DNA of 56,640 bases, filler included, from Catajapyx aquilonaris (GCA_000934665.2; 2 parts of 2 records of this genome joined end to end with filler, not necessarily neighbours in it); one strand, 5' to 3'; positions 1 to 11,702 are shown, counted from the first letter of the whole stretch. Translations and numbers: made by a program. Notes: generated by a model from the letters alone, not told the origin.

Positions 1-104
1 TATTTGCCTGTGGCAACAGAATTTTGTTGGTGATTACCATAGAAACAGGCCTGTAAATGGTTTCAAATTTTGCACTTCCCCCAATTTTTTTATCCAATTT
101 TTTT

Positions 105-260
105 TGTCCCCTCCCCCCAATGTATCTCCACCTTGCCTTGGTGGTGGGCTTTCGTTTTCCCATGATCCTGAAGAGCTATGCCGGCGGTAGTTTCGTCTAC
201 TGATAGGGCCGCCCAAGTTGGACAGGTCTTTGGGATAGGAGACAGACTAAGAGAGATACC
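105..260 (+). mobile_element. RTE/Expander-type retroelement 5' UTR-derived repeat
   Basis: CCACCTTG..GTGGTGGG..GAGCTATGCCGGCGGTAG..CTACTG.TAGGGCC.CCCAAGT.GGACAGGTC; an inverted second copy lies at ~51200-51370; family assignment is from recalled resemblance. Confidence 0.55.
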
Positions 261-485
261 AGTCTTTCCTTTCTTCTTTTTCCTCTTTGTTTCTCTCTCC
301 ATCTGTCCCACCTTTTTGTATTATGATAACCACATAGCCATAGTTGCGTGGCTCTTTATTACGCAAACAAACCAGAATTTTTACACCCTTCCAATGCCTA
401 CATATGCAAGGGAATGAGCAGTTTTGCATTTAATATTGCTTGAGATCTAAGAAGATTTCGGTGTAATTATCCACGCTCTTTTTTT

Positions 486-514
486 CCCGTGCGAAGAACG
501 GGTACCGCTGCTAG
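486..514 (+). mobile_element. Helitron 3' terminus
   Basis: Hairpin CCCGTGCGAAGAACGGG followed 8 nt later by CTAG|T. Confidence 0.6.
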
Positions 515-705
515 TTTTATTAATAATACGAAGTCATTATAAGTGCTACTGTTTTGTCTCGTACATTATGTTGCATAATGACAATGTGATACTGACACTA
601 GTTTCTGCGACATCAATAGCAATTTGTCCTGACGGGATATAAAATATTTTGCATATTTGTAATGCGGTGACATTAATTCTGTTTGCATGTGGATCCATAT
701 TACTG

Positions 706-1559
706 TCAGAATTCGGCAACATTTGCAAATTCAGGACATCTCTGGAAATTGACATTACGTAACATTAATATCTAAATAATGTAACATGTATTTTACAATT
801 ACTGACCTGCTTGATGTATTTAATTCCACACTTGGCAACTTTCAAGAATCCTTTGCAATCTTCTCTGATTTCAAATATAGTGTTCACTGCAACAATAGGG
901 GGATTATTAGTATTGAGGGTTATTGACTTTTACTGCGACACTTAACTGTCTTTCATGCACTTGAAGCCCATCAGTCTGAGTCCATTCTTCAGGTCTCCTT
1001 CCTCAATGGATTCCCACACTTCCAGACCCCTATCCAGATCAATCGTGCCATTTAGGGTGACCTAGAATGATGCTTGTTACATACCCCCATGCCCCCAACA
1101 ATGGTATTCTCACAGATGATACTTACCAGCCCTACGTCTATGAGAAAGCACTGCAAGACGCACTGCAGAAATAATCAGTTAATTAAAATTAGTTGATTAA
1201 TAATTTAACAATAATTTGTGCTTCTTACCAAGTGGTTCTTTCCAAATTCCTTACTGCATTCCAGGGCAGACGTCATGAGTGGATTGTCCTTAGGTGGTAA
1301 TATGCACCCGGAAGTACATTGCCCCTACGAATATTAACATGCATTAACTTATAAAAGTAGCATTACCTTATAAAAGTAGCATTATACCTTATAGAAGTAG
1401 CAATTACCTTATAGAAGTAGCGTTACCTTATAAAAGCAGCATTACCTTATAGAAGTAACATTACCTTATAGAAGTAGTGTTCTGACATGTGACACTTACC
1501 ACAAAGATGGCAAAAAGACATCCAGCAACAATCGACAACATGGTTGTTTTTATATCCAT
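706..1559 (-). CDS. Odorant-binding protein (PBP/GOBP family, Plus-C-like), 6 exons, 140 aa
   Basis: Exons 1559-1500, 1324-1229, 1162-1127, 1061-947, 886-807, 741-706 with GT-AG introns in frame. Protein: MDIKTTMLSIVAGCLFAIFV (signal peptide-like) GQCTSGCILPPKDNPLMTSALECSKEFGKNHLCVLQCFLIDVGLVTLNGTIDLDRGLEVWESIEEGDLKNGLRLMGFKCMKDMNTIFEIREDCKGFLKVAKCGIKYIKQRCPEFANVAEF. It has the OBP spacings C2-x3-C3 and C5-x8-C6 and an extra C-terminal C-P. Missed by the ORF track. Confidence 0.85.
1348..1477. repeat. 19-bp minisatellite (CTTATARAAGTAGCATTAC) x ~7 in OBP intron 1
   Basis: Tandem units visible directly. Confidence 0.9.
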
Positions 1560-1594
1560 ATCTTGGATCCAAATGAAGTGGTCCTCACAGGGTG

Positions 1595-1604
1595 TTAAAT
1601 ATAA
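1595..1604 (-). promoter_or_regulatory. Putative TATA box of the OBP gene
   Basis: TTATATTTAA on the minus strand about 40 nt upstream of the ATG at 1559. Confidence 0.45.
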
Positions 1605-2262
1605 GGCAGACCTCAATTGTTACCATAACTGAGGACCAGCCCATCTTTATGAGGTAGCAATTGTCCAGAGTGCACGTCAAATGGGCCAAAAATTCAGCAA
1701 CAATGTGTGGCTTCCTGGCTTTACAACAGGTGTTTGTTTGGTCAGAAGGTGTGGGCGTTCATCGGAAGTGTACAGGATCCACCTTCATTTCAACACATAC
1801 GATGACACTTTGGGAGAAGGTACCGGAAGTCTCTTTGTTATGTGCTAGCTACCCCTGAGGTCAACAGATGGTTCAGTTACCTCGCACCTATCTATATACC
1901 AAGCTATATACAGGGTGTTCCAGATTCGTGGGTCACTTTTGATATCGACTGATAGCAGTTAATTTTTTTTGTAGCTTGTTGTGCCCCTAACAATGTGTCC
2001 TGTTCTATAACTACTGTTGTATTAGTTCCATATTGTTCGATGGATGAATAGCGTAAAGATATTGCGTAAGGGTTATTATTTAATATGCGAGCCACCAGCA
2101 GTGACTGGTCAAAATTTCTGGGAGGGCCAATATTAGGAGGAAGTTAAGACTCATGGGTTCAATTATTCAAATTGGCAATTTAGTGTTCATTTATATAGTC
2201 TTGTACGTATCTTTATTATTTTATACAGTCTTGTGGTATACATAATGTTTCATAATATGCCA

Positions 2263-3578
2263 CTAGAATGCTTGTCTTGATGGATCTTCTTTGTGAAACC
2301 AGCCACACACATCTTTGTAGAGTAAAATGAACGCATCTCGATAACTTGGAATCCTGCAATGACATATTAATAATATATTATTTATAATAAAATACTAGGC
2401 ACCAACTTGCCAAAATACATCACTCCCAATGCTGTAGGCCCTAAGCTCTGAGAGGAGTTTCCATGACAGTAATATTGAAGATGGATAACATAAATTACCT
2501 GTAGATGTAAAGGAACACATTGATGGCATAGTAGTACAGCAGAAAAGCTGTAAAATAAATGTATGGTTTGCTCCATGGTCCTTCTTTGCTGAAGATGAGG
2601 ATGGCGACTACTGGCGCAGAAACGCTCGAATAGGCAGCTCCAAGAAGAGTCAGAAGGATGGCCATCTTTTTCTCTCTTTCCTTCAAGTCCCTCAGGGTAT
2701 TTGCACCCACAAATCTGCAGGAAATAGTATATAAGTTCCCAGCAACACTATACATAACACTGCTTGATAGTAGTACCTGAATCGTCTCAGTTGGCACCAA
2801 TTTTGTCGCAATTTAATCCAGATGAGCAGAAGACAGCCCAACGCCATGGCCCATGGCAGATACAAGGCAATTCCATACAGAATGTTTTCTTCAGGCTTTG
2901 CTTCAATAACGTGGCAGTACCCTTTTGTTCTACTGTATCCAAATCCGTGCTGAAGTGCAATAAAGGTTGGCACCACTGCAGGCAGCATCCATGTGGCCAG
3001 AAGTGCAGGGACACTACTGTACGACTCGAAAACGACTTCATGACATTTAGGCCACCACAGAGCCAGCGTCCTTTAGGAGAAAAGATGTTCAAAATAATAT
3101 TGTCTCTTTCTTACTCCTGTAAACATTACCTGCTGAGTGTGGCTGCTGCCAACGAAGTTGGCGATACCAGTCCTACATAGTGGGCTAGGAAACCAAATAT
3201 GTAGCAATAGGTAGTCCCTAAGACCCACTTTCGGTACACATACGAGACTGCCCAGCCAGGTAGGGATATGAAGGAACATAGACAATCCGCCAAGCTTAGG
3301 TTGATCAGAAGAAGTGTAGCACAGTTATTCAGAGGACTTCGAGGATCAGTTGTCTTCCATCTGGCATAAGGAATGGCCACTAGAACCACCAGGTTGCCGA
3401 ATCCTCCAACCACACTCAGGAGGAGCCAATACGTTGCTACGATAATGGTGAAGTATTGAGGATAGTCCGGAAAACAACAAGATGGAGGGTCCTCTTGGGT
3501 CAGACACACTAGAGATGTCTCCTGATCGTCTTTTGCACAGAAGGATGACACATTGTTGACCTGCACTGATGCATCCAT
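2263..3578 (-). CDS. Divergent class A GPCR (Tre1/Moody-like), array copy 1, 4 coding exons, 349 aa
   Basis: Exons 3578-3130, 3070-2777, 2714-2499, 2353-2263. TM1 GN, TM2 NLSLAD, TM3 Cys, 7 hydrophobic segments. Lacks the intron that splits exons 2 and 3 in the other copies. Confidence 0.88.
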
Positions 3579-4339
3579 TGCAACAGACTGGAGAGAAACT
3601 GTGCCAAAATGACTTACATATCGTTCCGGATCATGACTCATGAGTGATCTTGAACACAAACCTGACTGTCACATTGTTGGAATATTTCCGAGCAATGTCT
3701 GCTGGAAACAATGGGATAGGTCACGCAAAGCATAATTATTATGCTGTCTAATGAATAATGTGGCAACATACGCAATTGCCCATCAATTGCCTATACCAAG
3801 CTGATACTAGGAGGTTAACGACAAGGATACGACGATTAATAACAAATAAGGCAATACTGAATAATTCGTAATCAGGGTCATTTACACAAGAAAAAAAGAT
3901 TATCTAAAATAAAATAATTAGCTTAATCAAAGAATGAATTTTACCATTTTGTACACTGAAAGGTGCACAGACTTTTGGACAGGAAAATAATAAATCTGGA
4001 ACAGTGTTAATAAAATAATTTACATGGCGAATAATTTTCACTTACTTTAAATTTTATTATTCACATGAAGTCATTATATCACAGGCGCTAGTAGTCTAGT
4101 GTAGGCTATATCAAGTGCCGCTGTCTCGTACTGTGTACAGTACAACGTACCGGCACGCAAATGTTGCATAATAATATAGTACTGACAATAACTGGTCAAT
4201 AGCAATTGTCCTGACAGCGATAGCATGTTGTGACGCATGAAAAACATTCATACTTTTGCCCTGACATTATTTTGTTTACATGTGGCCCTAGACGACCGTC
4301 CCTAAGGCCCTCTCGAGAGGACCAGTTCTAACCGAGTAG

Positions 4340-4410
4340 GCGCCGCTGGTGTAGTGGTATCATGCAAGATTCCCATTCTTGCGACCCGGGTTCGATTCCC
4401 GGGCGGCGCA
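4340..4410 (+). tRNA. tRNA-Gly (anticodon CCC)
   Basis: GCGCCGC acceptor stem pairs with GCGGCGC; A box TGGTGTAGTGG; anticodon arm CAAGA-TTCCCAT-TCTTG; B box GGTTCGATTCC; T-runs at 4420-4423 and 4431-4439 fit a Pol III terminator. Confidence 0.96.
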
Positions 4411-5161
4411 CCACACCCCTTTTGACCGCATTTTTTTTTATTTGGTGGAAAAGTAGTCATTGTTCTATATTACGTATTAGTAATGCTGGGAAAGTTATAT
4501 TTACAGAGTTGATCACAAATATTTTATTTTCTCCCACATTTCGCCATGTTCCTTATAGTTAGTTGCTCAGTAACCATTTGACCCGATTTTACCTCTTATA
4601 CGGCTCATCCTTGAATATTATTTTGAAGATAAGGAACCAGGGAAGCACACTCTTCATGACTGTTGTTGTCCTGCTGCAGGGTTGACGTGGATCGCATTCG
4701 AACTTGAAGTAGTAGATTATTATGTGTGGTGAGTCTTAACCAGTGTTGATTACCTGGCATTATTATTGCATTAATTAGCCGTGATTGATGGCATGTGATT
4801 TTGGTAATCATGGTGTTATTACTGTCGGGCGCTTTTGATTATTATTTGTTGGATTGATTTGATTACTGTGATTTTTCATGTGTTATTGCTCGGTAATTTT
4901 GCTATATACGTTGGTGCCTTATTTTCAAGTTTGGAGAGGTACACTAGGAGTCTTTCTGAATCAAGTGAGCCGAAATGTTTTTACATCATCTCGGATCTTG
5001 GTGAAAATAATCACAGCTGTACAGACATATACCGTATAATGCTGCATATGAAGTTTCAAACGATATATCTCAAAAACTGTGTCTGACAGAAACCTTCTGA
5101 GCAGAGATTCGTGTTCAACGAGAAAATTAGTAAGATTCACTATTCACATCTTAAGAAAAAA

Positions 5162-5162
5162 G

Positions 5163-5196
<34 letters not shown>
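5162..5196. repeat. (GTT)n microsatellite
   Basis: Seen directly. Confidence 0.9.
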
Positions 5197-5198
<2 letters not shown>

Positions 5199-5605
5199 GG
5201 TTTTTTTATGTAGAACAGTGTTATTTTCTCCGGCTGTATCCTCCAGTGTACTAGAACTTCTGTTTATGTTAAAAAAATAACTCAGATGTTATCCAGGGAA
5301 ATGAACTTTATTTATCAATCCTATGATTCATATATTAGTTATTATATCACAGTTTTGCCAATTTGTTGGCTCTAAATGCATGCATCTAACCTGCAACTTT
5401 ACCTGAGTTAGGGCCTACACGGCTCTAGATAGTGTAGCAAGTGCCACTGTTTTGTCTCGTACAGTACAACATGTCAGCACAGCACATGGGTGCGTAATAA
5501 CAATATGATAGACGATAACATGTTATTGCGACATCAATAGCAATTGTCCTGGGAGGAGATAAATGTAGTGACGTAATGAAAATATTAATTATTCATTCCA
5601 AATAT

Positions 5606-6900
5606 TCAATGTCGTTCCCGTTTGTGTATCTTCTCATGCAAGAAGCCCAAAGTGTCTTTGTAAAGCAGCATAAATGCGTCCCTGTAGCTCGGGATTCTGC
5701 AACAATCGGAGGAGGATCTCTCAATAATGGTAATTACCCTTTATGAAACTTCATTACCTGTACACGTAGAGAAACACGTTGGTGGCGAAGTAGCCCAGCA
5801 GGAGGAAGTCGAAATACACGAAAGGTTTGTTCCAGGGACCACCTTTGAAGAAGGTGTAGATGACGACTACTGGTGCTGCTAAAGATGAATAAACTGCACC
5901 CAGAAGAGTCAGAAGGATGGTCATTCTCTTCTCTCTTTCTTTCAGCTCCTGCAGGGTACTCGCACCCATGTTCCTGCAGTGAGACACTGACTAAGTAGTT
6001 ACCAGCACCTCAACAAATCGGGTTTGAACACTACCTGAATAGTTTCAGTTCAGACCAGTTTTGACGCAATTTGATCCAGATGAGTAGAAGACTGATGACA
6101 ATAATGAACCATGGCAGATACGAAGCTATTCCGTACAGGATGTTGTCTCCAGAATAATTCGCGTCAATCATTGAGCAGTATCCTTTTGTTCTGCTGTATC
6201 CATATCCATACTGGAACTGTAGTTACACTTTAAAATGTTTTCACCTCAGATTACGGTACTCACCCCGACAACAGTTGGCACCACTCCTGCCAGCATCCAT
6301 ATGGCCACCACAGCAGGGATACCATGACATGACTCGAAGAGGACTTCGTGAACTGCAGGCCACCACAATGCCAGCATCCTTTAAGGAACAAAAGGGTATT
6401 CAAATTGCAATTTCCTGATGTCAATGATGCTACCTGCTCAATGTAGCGGCAGACAGCGAAGCAGGTGATGCCAATCCTAGGTAATGTATGAGGAACCCAA
6501 AAATGTAGCAGTACCTTGTTCCTAGGACCCACTCTCGGTATAACAACGACACTGACCAGCCAGGAAAGGAGATGAAACAGAAGAGACAGTCAGCCAGACT
6601 CAGGTTGAGAAGGAGTAAGGTGGTTGGGGTCTTGAGTGGGCTTAGGTGGTCACTGGTCCTCCACCTGGCATAAGGAATGGCCACTAGAACCATTAGGTTC
6701 CCAAATCCTCCAATGACACTCAGAAGGAGCCAGTATGTGGCTACGATAATAGTGAAGTATGTCGGATAATCGGGAAAGCAACAGGAAGGAGCCTCCTGAT
6801 GGGTCAAGCACACTAGAGATGTCTCCTGGTCGTCTCTGGTGCAGAAGGAAGACACGTTCAGATTGATGTCTGATGGGTTGACTTCCTCGGAGCCATCCAT
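5606..6900 (-). CDS. Divergent class A GPCR, array copy 2, 5 exons, 356 aa
   Basis: Exons 6900-6434, 6378-6264, 6216-6035, 5973-5758, 5696-5606; open frame; intron 2 is only 47 nt. Confidence 0.88.
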
Positions 6901-7278
6901 TGCACGACACTGCACTGGCTGGAATGTCTTATTGGGAATACTACACATATTATACAATAATATCCTGGTACCTGGTACACGAAACCTGACAAATCTGCGG
7001 GATATATATATATTGTCACGTAATGTCTGAAAACAATGGGACAAGGAAAAAAGGAATTCAGAATAAACTATGAGGTGGCATACATGTAATAATCCGGATA
7101 GTCCTTAACCTCATCGTGAGGCATATGGCAGGGGCATTTATTTATTTTTTTACCCAATATGCAATTGGACCTTTGTACGGTTCCTCCAAAGTGATGTTGT
7201 CAGCACTGTCTCAATCGTGACATAGGCATAAAAATATGCAATATCTTTTTGAATTTGTAAAATATGTCATCAGAATGA

Positions 7279-7500
7279 TCACCATATACTTTTCTTCTTA
7301 CACAACCAGTCATAGGTATCTTTGTAGAGCAGGATAAATGCATCCCTGTAGCTGGAAATCCTGCAAAAACATAACATTTGTTGAACCGCATATACGAGGG
7401 GTGTTATATACGTACAGTGTTAATATTAATAGCATCTTGTGCGCACAACATATTAGAAAACAATGGGAGTAAAACACCATGACAGGAACCAAACAACATA
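7279..7500 (-). pseudogene. Internally deleted GPCR relic (terminal exon joined directly to the upstream motif)
   Basis: 7360-7279 is a near copy of the last exon of copy 3 (ISSYRDAFILLYKDTYDWLCKKKSIW*) with its acceptor. 7455-7495 is the array's upstream motif (AAAACAATGGGA..TGACAGGAACCAAAC). Exons 1-4 are absent. Confidence 0.8.
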
Positions 7501-7569
7501 CCAACATACACGACGGTTATTATCCTCGATGTCCCCCATAATATTTCACCTACTAGTCTACTACTACCG

Positions 7570-8090
7570 TATCCTGTTTGTTTGTTGCAACCCTGCCCGG
7601 CCAAGCCGTATATGTGAAGAAGAAAGCAGGCAAACTTTATACTCTATTTTTGGACCTCTCCAAAGCGTTCGACTTGGTGAATCATCATATGTTATTTTGC
7701 AAGTTAAACAAACTTGGGATAGGCAACAATATATATATTTTTTAAATTTAATTAGATCATTATATGACCAAGCAACAATTTCTATAGGCTATGGAGCAGA
7801 ATCCATTGCAATCGAGTCAGGAGTACTACAAGGTGAGACATTAAGCCAGGTATTGTTCAATATTATATTCATGGCGGATATGAAAGAAATCTTTACGTTG
7901 GCTGGCATTCCCGGCGTTAACTTTGGGCCAAACTCACGGGCAATCCACTTTATGCTATATGCTGATGACATTGTTCTATTGGCAGAAAAGAGTTGGTTCC
8001 TGCAGCGCCAAATAGATGTATTTGGATGTAATATATTGGTTAATGTTGAAAAAACGAAGGTCGTGTTTTTTTTAGAAAAGGTGATAGTGA
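7570..8090 (+). mobile_element. Degenerate non-LTR retrotransposon reverse transcriptase fragment
   Basis: GVLQGETLSQVLFN, LYADDIVLLA and VNVEKTKVV motifs; DLSKAFDLV in another frame near 7652 (frameshifted). Confidence 0.85.
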
Positions 8091-8639
8091 TGAGGCTCAT
8101 CTTAAGCGTCAGGGTCAAACTTTTCACAGGGTGGGTCTCAACCTCAAGAATAAGACCTCCGTGGCGGAATGAAAGTACTGAAACAAGGCAGACGCACGTA
8201 AGACCTTCACCAATTGATTTAAGCTGTACCATAGGTCTGACTCAAGCAATTTTTAATTTACTGCTCAAAAAGTCTCCATGAGTTCCATGAGCCACCCCAT
8301 ATACGTAAGTGCGTTTTCAGAAATTTGGACTTACACTTATTGAATTTTTAAATCGCTTAGTTTTTACTGTATACTGTACATACAGTACAAACTATCGTAC
8401 AACTTCAGTGGCGGGGAATAGATTTTTTTCCGCAGTACCAGAGACAGTTCACTTCCATTTGCCGCCCCTAAAATTTGCCGATGTAGGCAGTTGCCTACTT
8501 TGCCTATTGGGAAATAGCCCCTGGGTGGCATATACGTAATCCGGATAGTGCTTAACCTCATTCGGGGTAAGTGTCATGGGCATTAATTTGGTTCCTCCGG
8601 AGGGATGTGGTCACCACTGCCTCGAACGTGACTTAGGCA

Positions 8640-10361
8640 TTCCCTTCCATAATAGCCTTGTCTGGAACACTTGACGTCACTCTGATCTCACTCTGACGTC
8701 ACTCTGACGTAATGGCCCGTCCCCAGTCCCCAGTAATGGCCCATCCCCAATGGTGTCACCTACGCCACCTACCGGTCTTGGCGGAAAGCGCTTCGGAACT
8801 GTCGTGACTGTGACTGCTGCCATCTTCCGCCACCTTCCGCACTAAATAATTTTACCGCCCGCACAACGAGATAGAATCAGGTAGAGGCCGTAAAGGTCAC
8901 GTGATCTTTGGCGTCCATGCCACTTCACGGATCCGACACTAATCACGGCACTAAGTCACGACTAAGTCACGGCACTAAGTCACCACACTAATTCATCTGG
9001 CCGCCTTTTTCCCTTCCCGCCAAAAGTCTTAACTGCCACCTAATTCCTTTCCCGCCAATACAGGCCCCGGGTGAGTGCTGCCACCTTCTCATCACGGCAC
9101 TAAATCATCAGGCCGGGAGTAGGGGGCGGCGCGGCGGGTTGTGGGTTGGGTGGGGTGGGTCAGTGGCTCACTTCTCACTGCGCAGTGGAGAGTATGGTCG
9201 CTTTATTTCTGTCGGTGGTCAGTACCTTACGTCCTCACGACCTGCTCAGTGCCTCATATCCTCACAACCCGCACAATGGACGAGGAGGAGGATCCCATTG
9301 CTAGAAAGCGTCGGATGGCTAAGGCACGCAAGGCTAGATGGCTAGCAAAGCTAAGTCAGGAGTCCCTGGACAGAATTCGTCAGACAGACGCTGCAGCTCA
9401 TCGTTTAGCACGCCATCCTCTAACAGTCTAACACAATCCATTCCCGACGAAGCTATTCATTTTCTGGAGGCCCGAGTCACCTCGCTCTGACCACCAACAT
9501 GCGCAGCGCTGGGGAAAATGAACACAACGCGTGGCTACTAAACATCGGATCCGGGAGTCTTCCAGATGTACCTGGATTTCCATGCGATTCCGTTGAAATC
9601 CCTCCGCAAATGGTTGCAAGAGTCGATTTGATCGACAACCAGGGATGGAAAAAGAACCGCTTCCTCCCAAGGAAGCGGTTCTTTTTCCATCCCTGGTTGT
9701 GGCTGAAACAAGGAGTGGTGGTGATGTTGCTAAGAAATCTCGATCCCAAACAAGGCCTCTGCAACGACAGTCACCTATTGGTCACTGGGCTCCATGCTAA
9801 TTTCATTGCTGCCGAAATTGTGTCGGAATGCAATCGCGGTCATGTCGTTTTCTTTCCCCGAATTACCTTAGCTCCCAGTGACATCAATATGCCTTTTGTT
9901 CTCAAACGCCGCCAGTTTCCTATCATTCCAGCTTATGCCATGACGATCAACAAGTCGCAGGGCCAGACTTTTGAGCACGTGGGCATTTACCTGGATGAAC
10001 CTGTCTTCTCACATGGACAGCTGTATGTGGCACTGTCCCGGTCTCGCAACCCAAGTCAGGTCAAAGTATTCACTACTCCTACTGCTCAACAAGGAACATT
10101 GCTCTCCAACAACAGATAGAGTCTTTACACAGAATGTTGTATATCGCGAGGTTTTATGAAAAAGACTTTTCTCATGTCCGACTCAAGAAGTATAGCCTAC
10201 AGTATGTCCACTGATTCAATGCCACTAAATTTTTCAACCCCGTCTTACGACCAGATATACGCTATTTCTTAGTTGTCACTCCGAGAGGCCTCTCATCCCA
10301 TTTTTTCATTCCCATTGTCCTCATTGCAGGTTTTGCCAAATTTTGGCTACGGGTCCGCTAG
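8640..10361 (+). mobile_element. Internally deleted Helitron with Pif1-like helicase C-terminus
   Basis: ORF 9499-10119 contains VMLLRNL, RRQFPIIPAYAMTINKSQGQT and FSHGQLYVALSR. N-terminal fragment MDEEEDPIARKRR at 9277. 3' hairpin GCCAAATTTTGGC then CTAG|T at 10358-10362. Sits at an A|T site judged against the uninterrupted duplicate at 7093-7394. Confidence 0.9.
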
Positions 10362-10413
10362 TAATAAATAATTGTGGAATTTATTTTGAGATTGTAATAT
10401 GTACCCAGGATGA

Positions 10414-11702
10414 TCACAGTATACTTTTTTTCTTATGCAACCAGTCATAGGTATCTTTGTAGAGCAGAATAAATGCATCCCTGTAGCTGGAAATCCTGCA
10501 AAAACATAACATTTGTTGAACCGCATATAGTACACACTTGAGTGTAACAGAAGTCTACTTACCTGTAGATGTAAAGAAACACGTTGATGATGTAGTAGTA
10601 AAGCAATATAAAAGTATAATATATGTATGGCTTGGTCCATGGGCCTCCCTTGCAGAAGACGTAGATGATGACCAGTGGTGCTGCTGTGCTGGAATAGGCC
10701 ACTCCCAGAATAGTGAGAAGGATGGCCATCCTCTTCTCTCTCTCCTTCAGATCCTGCAGGGTGCCAGTACCCATTTCTCTACAGGGATAAGGATCATTGT
10801 CATTAATAAGTCATCCATATTACATTTGAATTAACCCACATGAATCGTTTCAGTTGGGACCAGTTCTGTCGCAGCTTGATCCAGATCAGAAGGAGGCAGA
10901 GCAGGACAGTGACCCACGGAAGGTACAGGGCTACTCCATAAAGGACGTTGACTGTCAATTGATTCACTTCGATCATCATTGAGCAAAATCCTTTCGTTCT
11001 GCTGTAGCCATACCCATACTGGATCTGCTTGGGTTAGAAATATTAGTGGCAAAGCTTCTCGGATTTTAGTGACTATGATGACTTACCCCTATAAATGTTG
11101 GTACCACTGCTGCCAACATCCATATTGCCACCACTGCAGGAGCACCTCCGAATGACTCGAAGAAGACGTCGTTACATGCAGGCCACCACAGCGCTAACAT
11201 CCTGTAGATTGTAAACATGCAAAACATGCAATACACACTAATGTACTGTACTGATGCAATACCTGCTCAACGAAGCAGCTGCCAGCGAATTAGGAGATGC
11301 AATACCCAGGAAGTGGCTGGAATACGCGTAGAAGTAGCAATAGTATGTGCTCTGGAACCACCTTCCTCTGAAGTGAGTGATGGCCGTTGTTCCGAGGACA
11401 ATGAAGCAGAAGAGACCATCTGCCAGGCTGAGGCTGAGAAGAAGGACAGTGGTGCTGCCCTTCAACGGACTCCGAGTGTCCAAACACCTCCTTCTGGCAT
11501 AAGGCAATGCAATGAGGACCATCAGGTTGCCAAATCCTCCGACCAGACACAGAAGGAGTGAGTAGCAACCAGAGACCACGGTGAAGTAAGGAGCGAACTC
11601 AGGGTAGCAGCACGAAGGAGCCTCAGGTTCTGTCAGACACACTCGAGATGTCTCCTCGTCGTCTCTGGTGCAGAAGGAATCGTTGACTACCCCAAACATC
11701 AT
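10414..11702 (-). CDS. Divergent class A GPCR, array copy 3, 5 exons, 345 aa
   Basis: Exons 11702-11263, 11201-11087, 11024-10840, 10778-10563, 10495-10414; open frame. Confidence 0.86.

Noticed and set aside
1348..1477. CRISPR-like direct repeats
   Set aside because: Head-to-tail minisatellite with no spacers, inside a eukaryotic intron
2764..3180. Plus-strand ORFs overlapping GPCR and NURF301 exons
   Set aside because: Antisense shadows of real coding exons, not conserved as open frames among paralogs
3579..3659. Longer N-termini from upstream TTG/GTG starts in the ORF track (copies 1 and 2)
   Set aside because: Non-ATG starts; the conserved GCAATGG context marks the shared start codon
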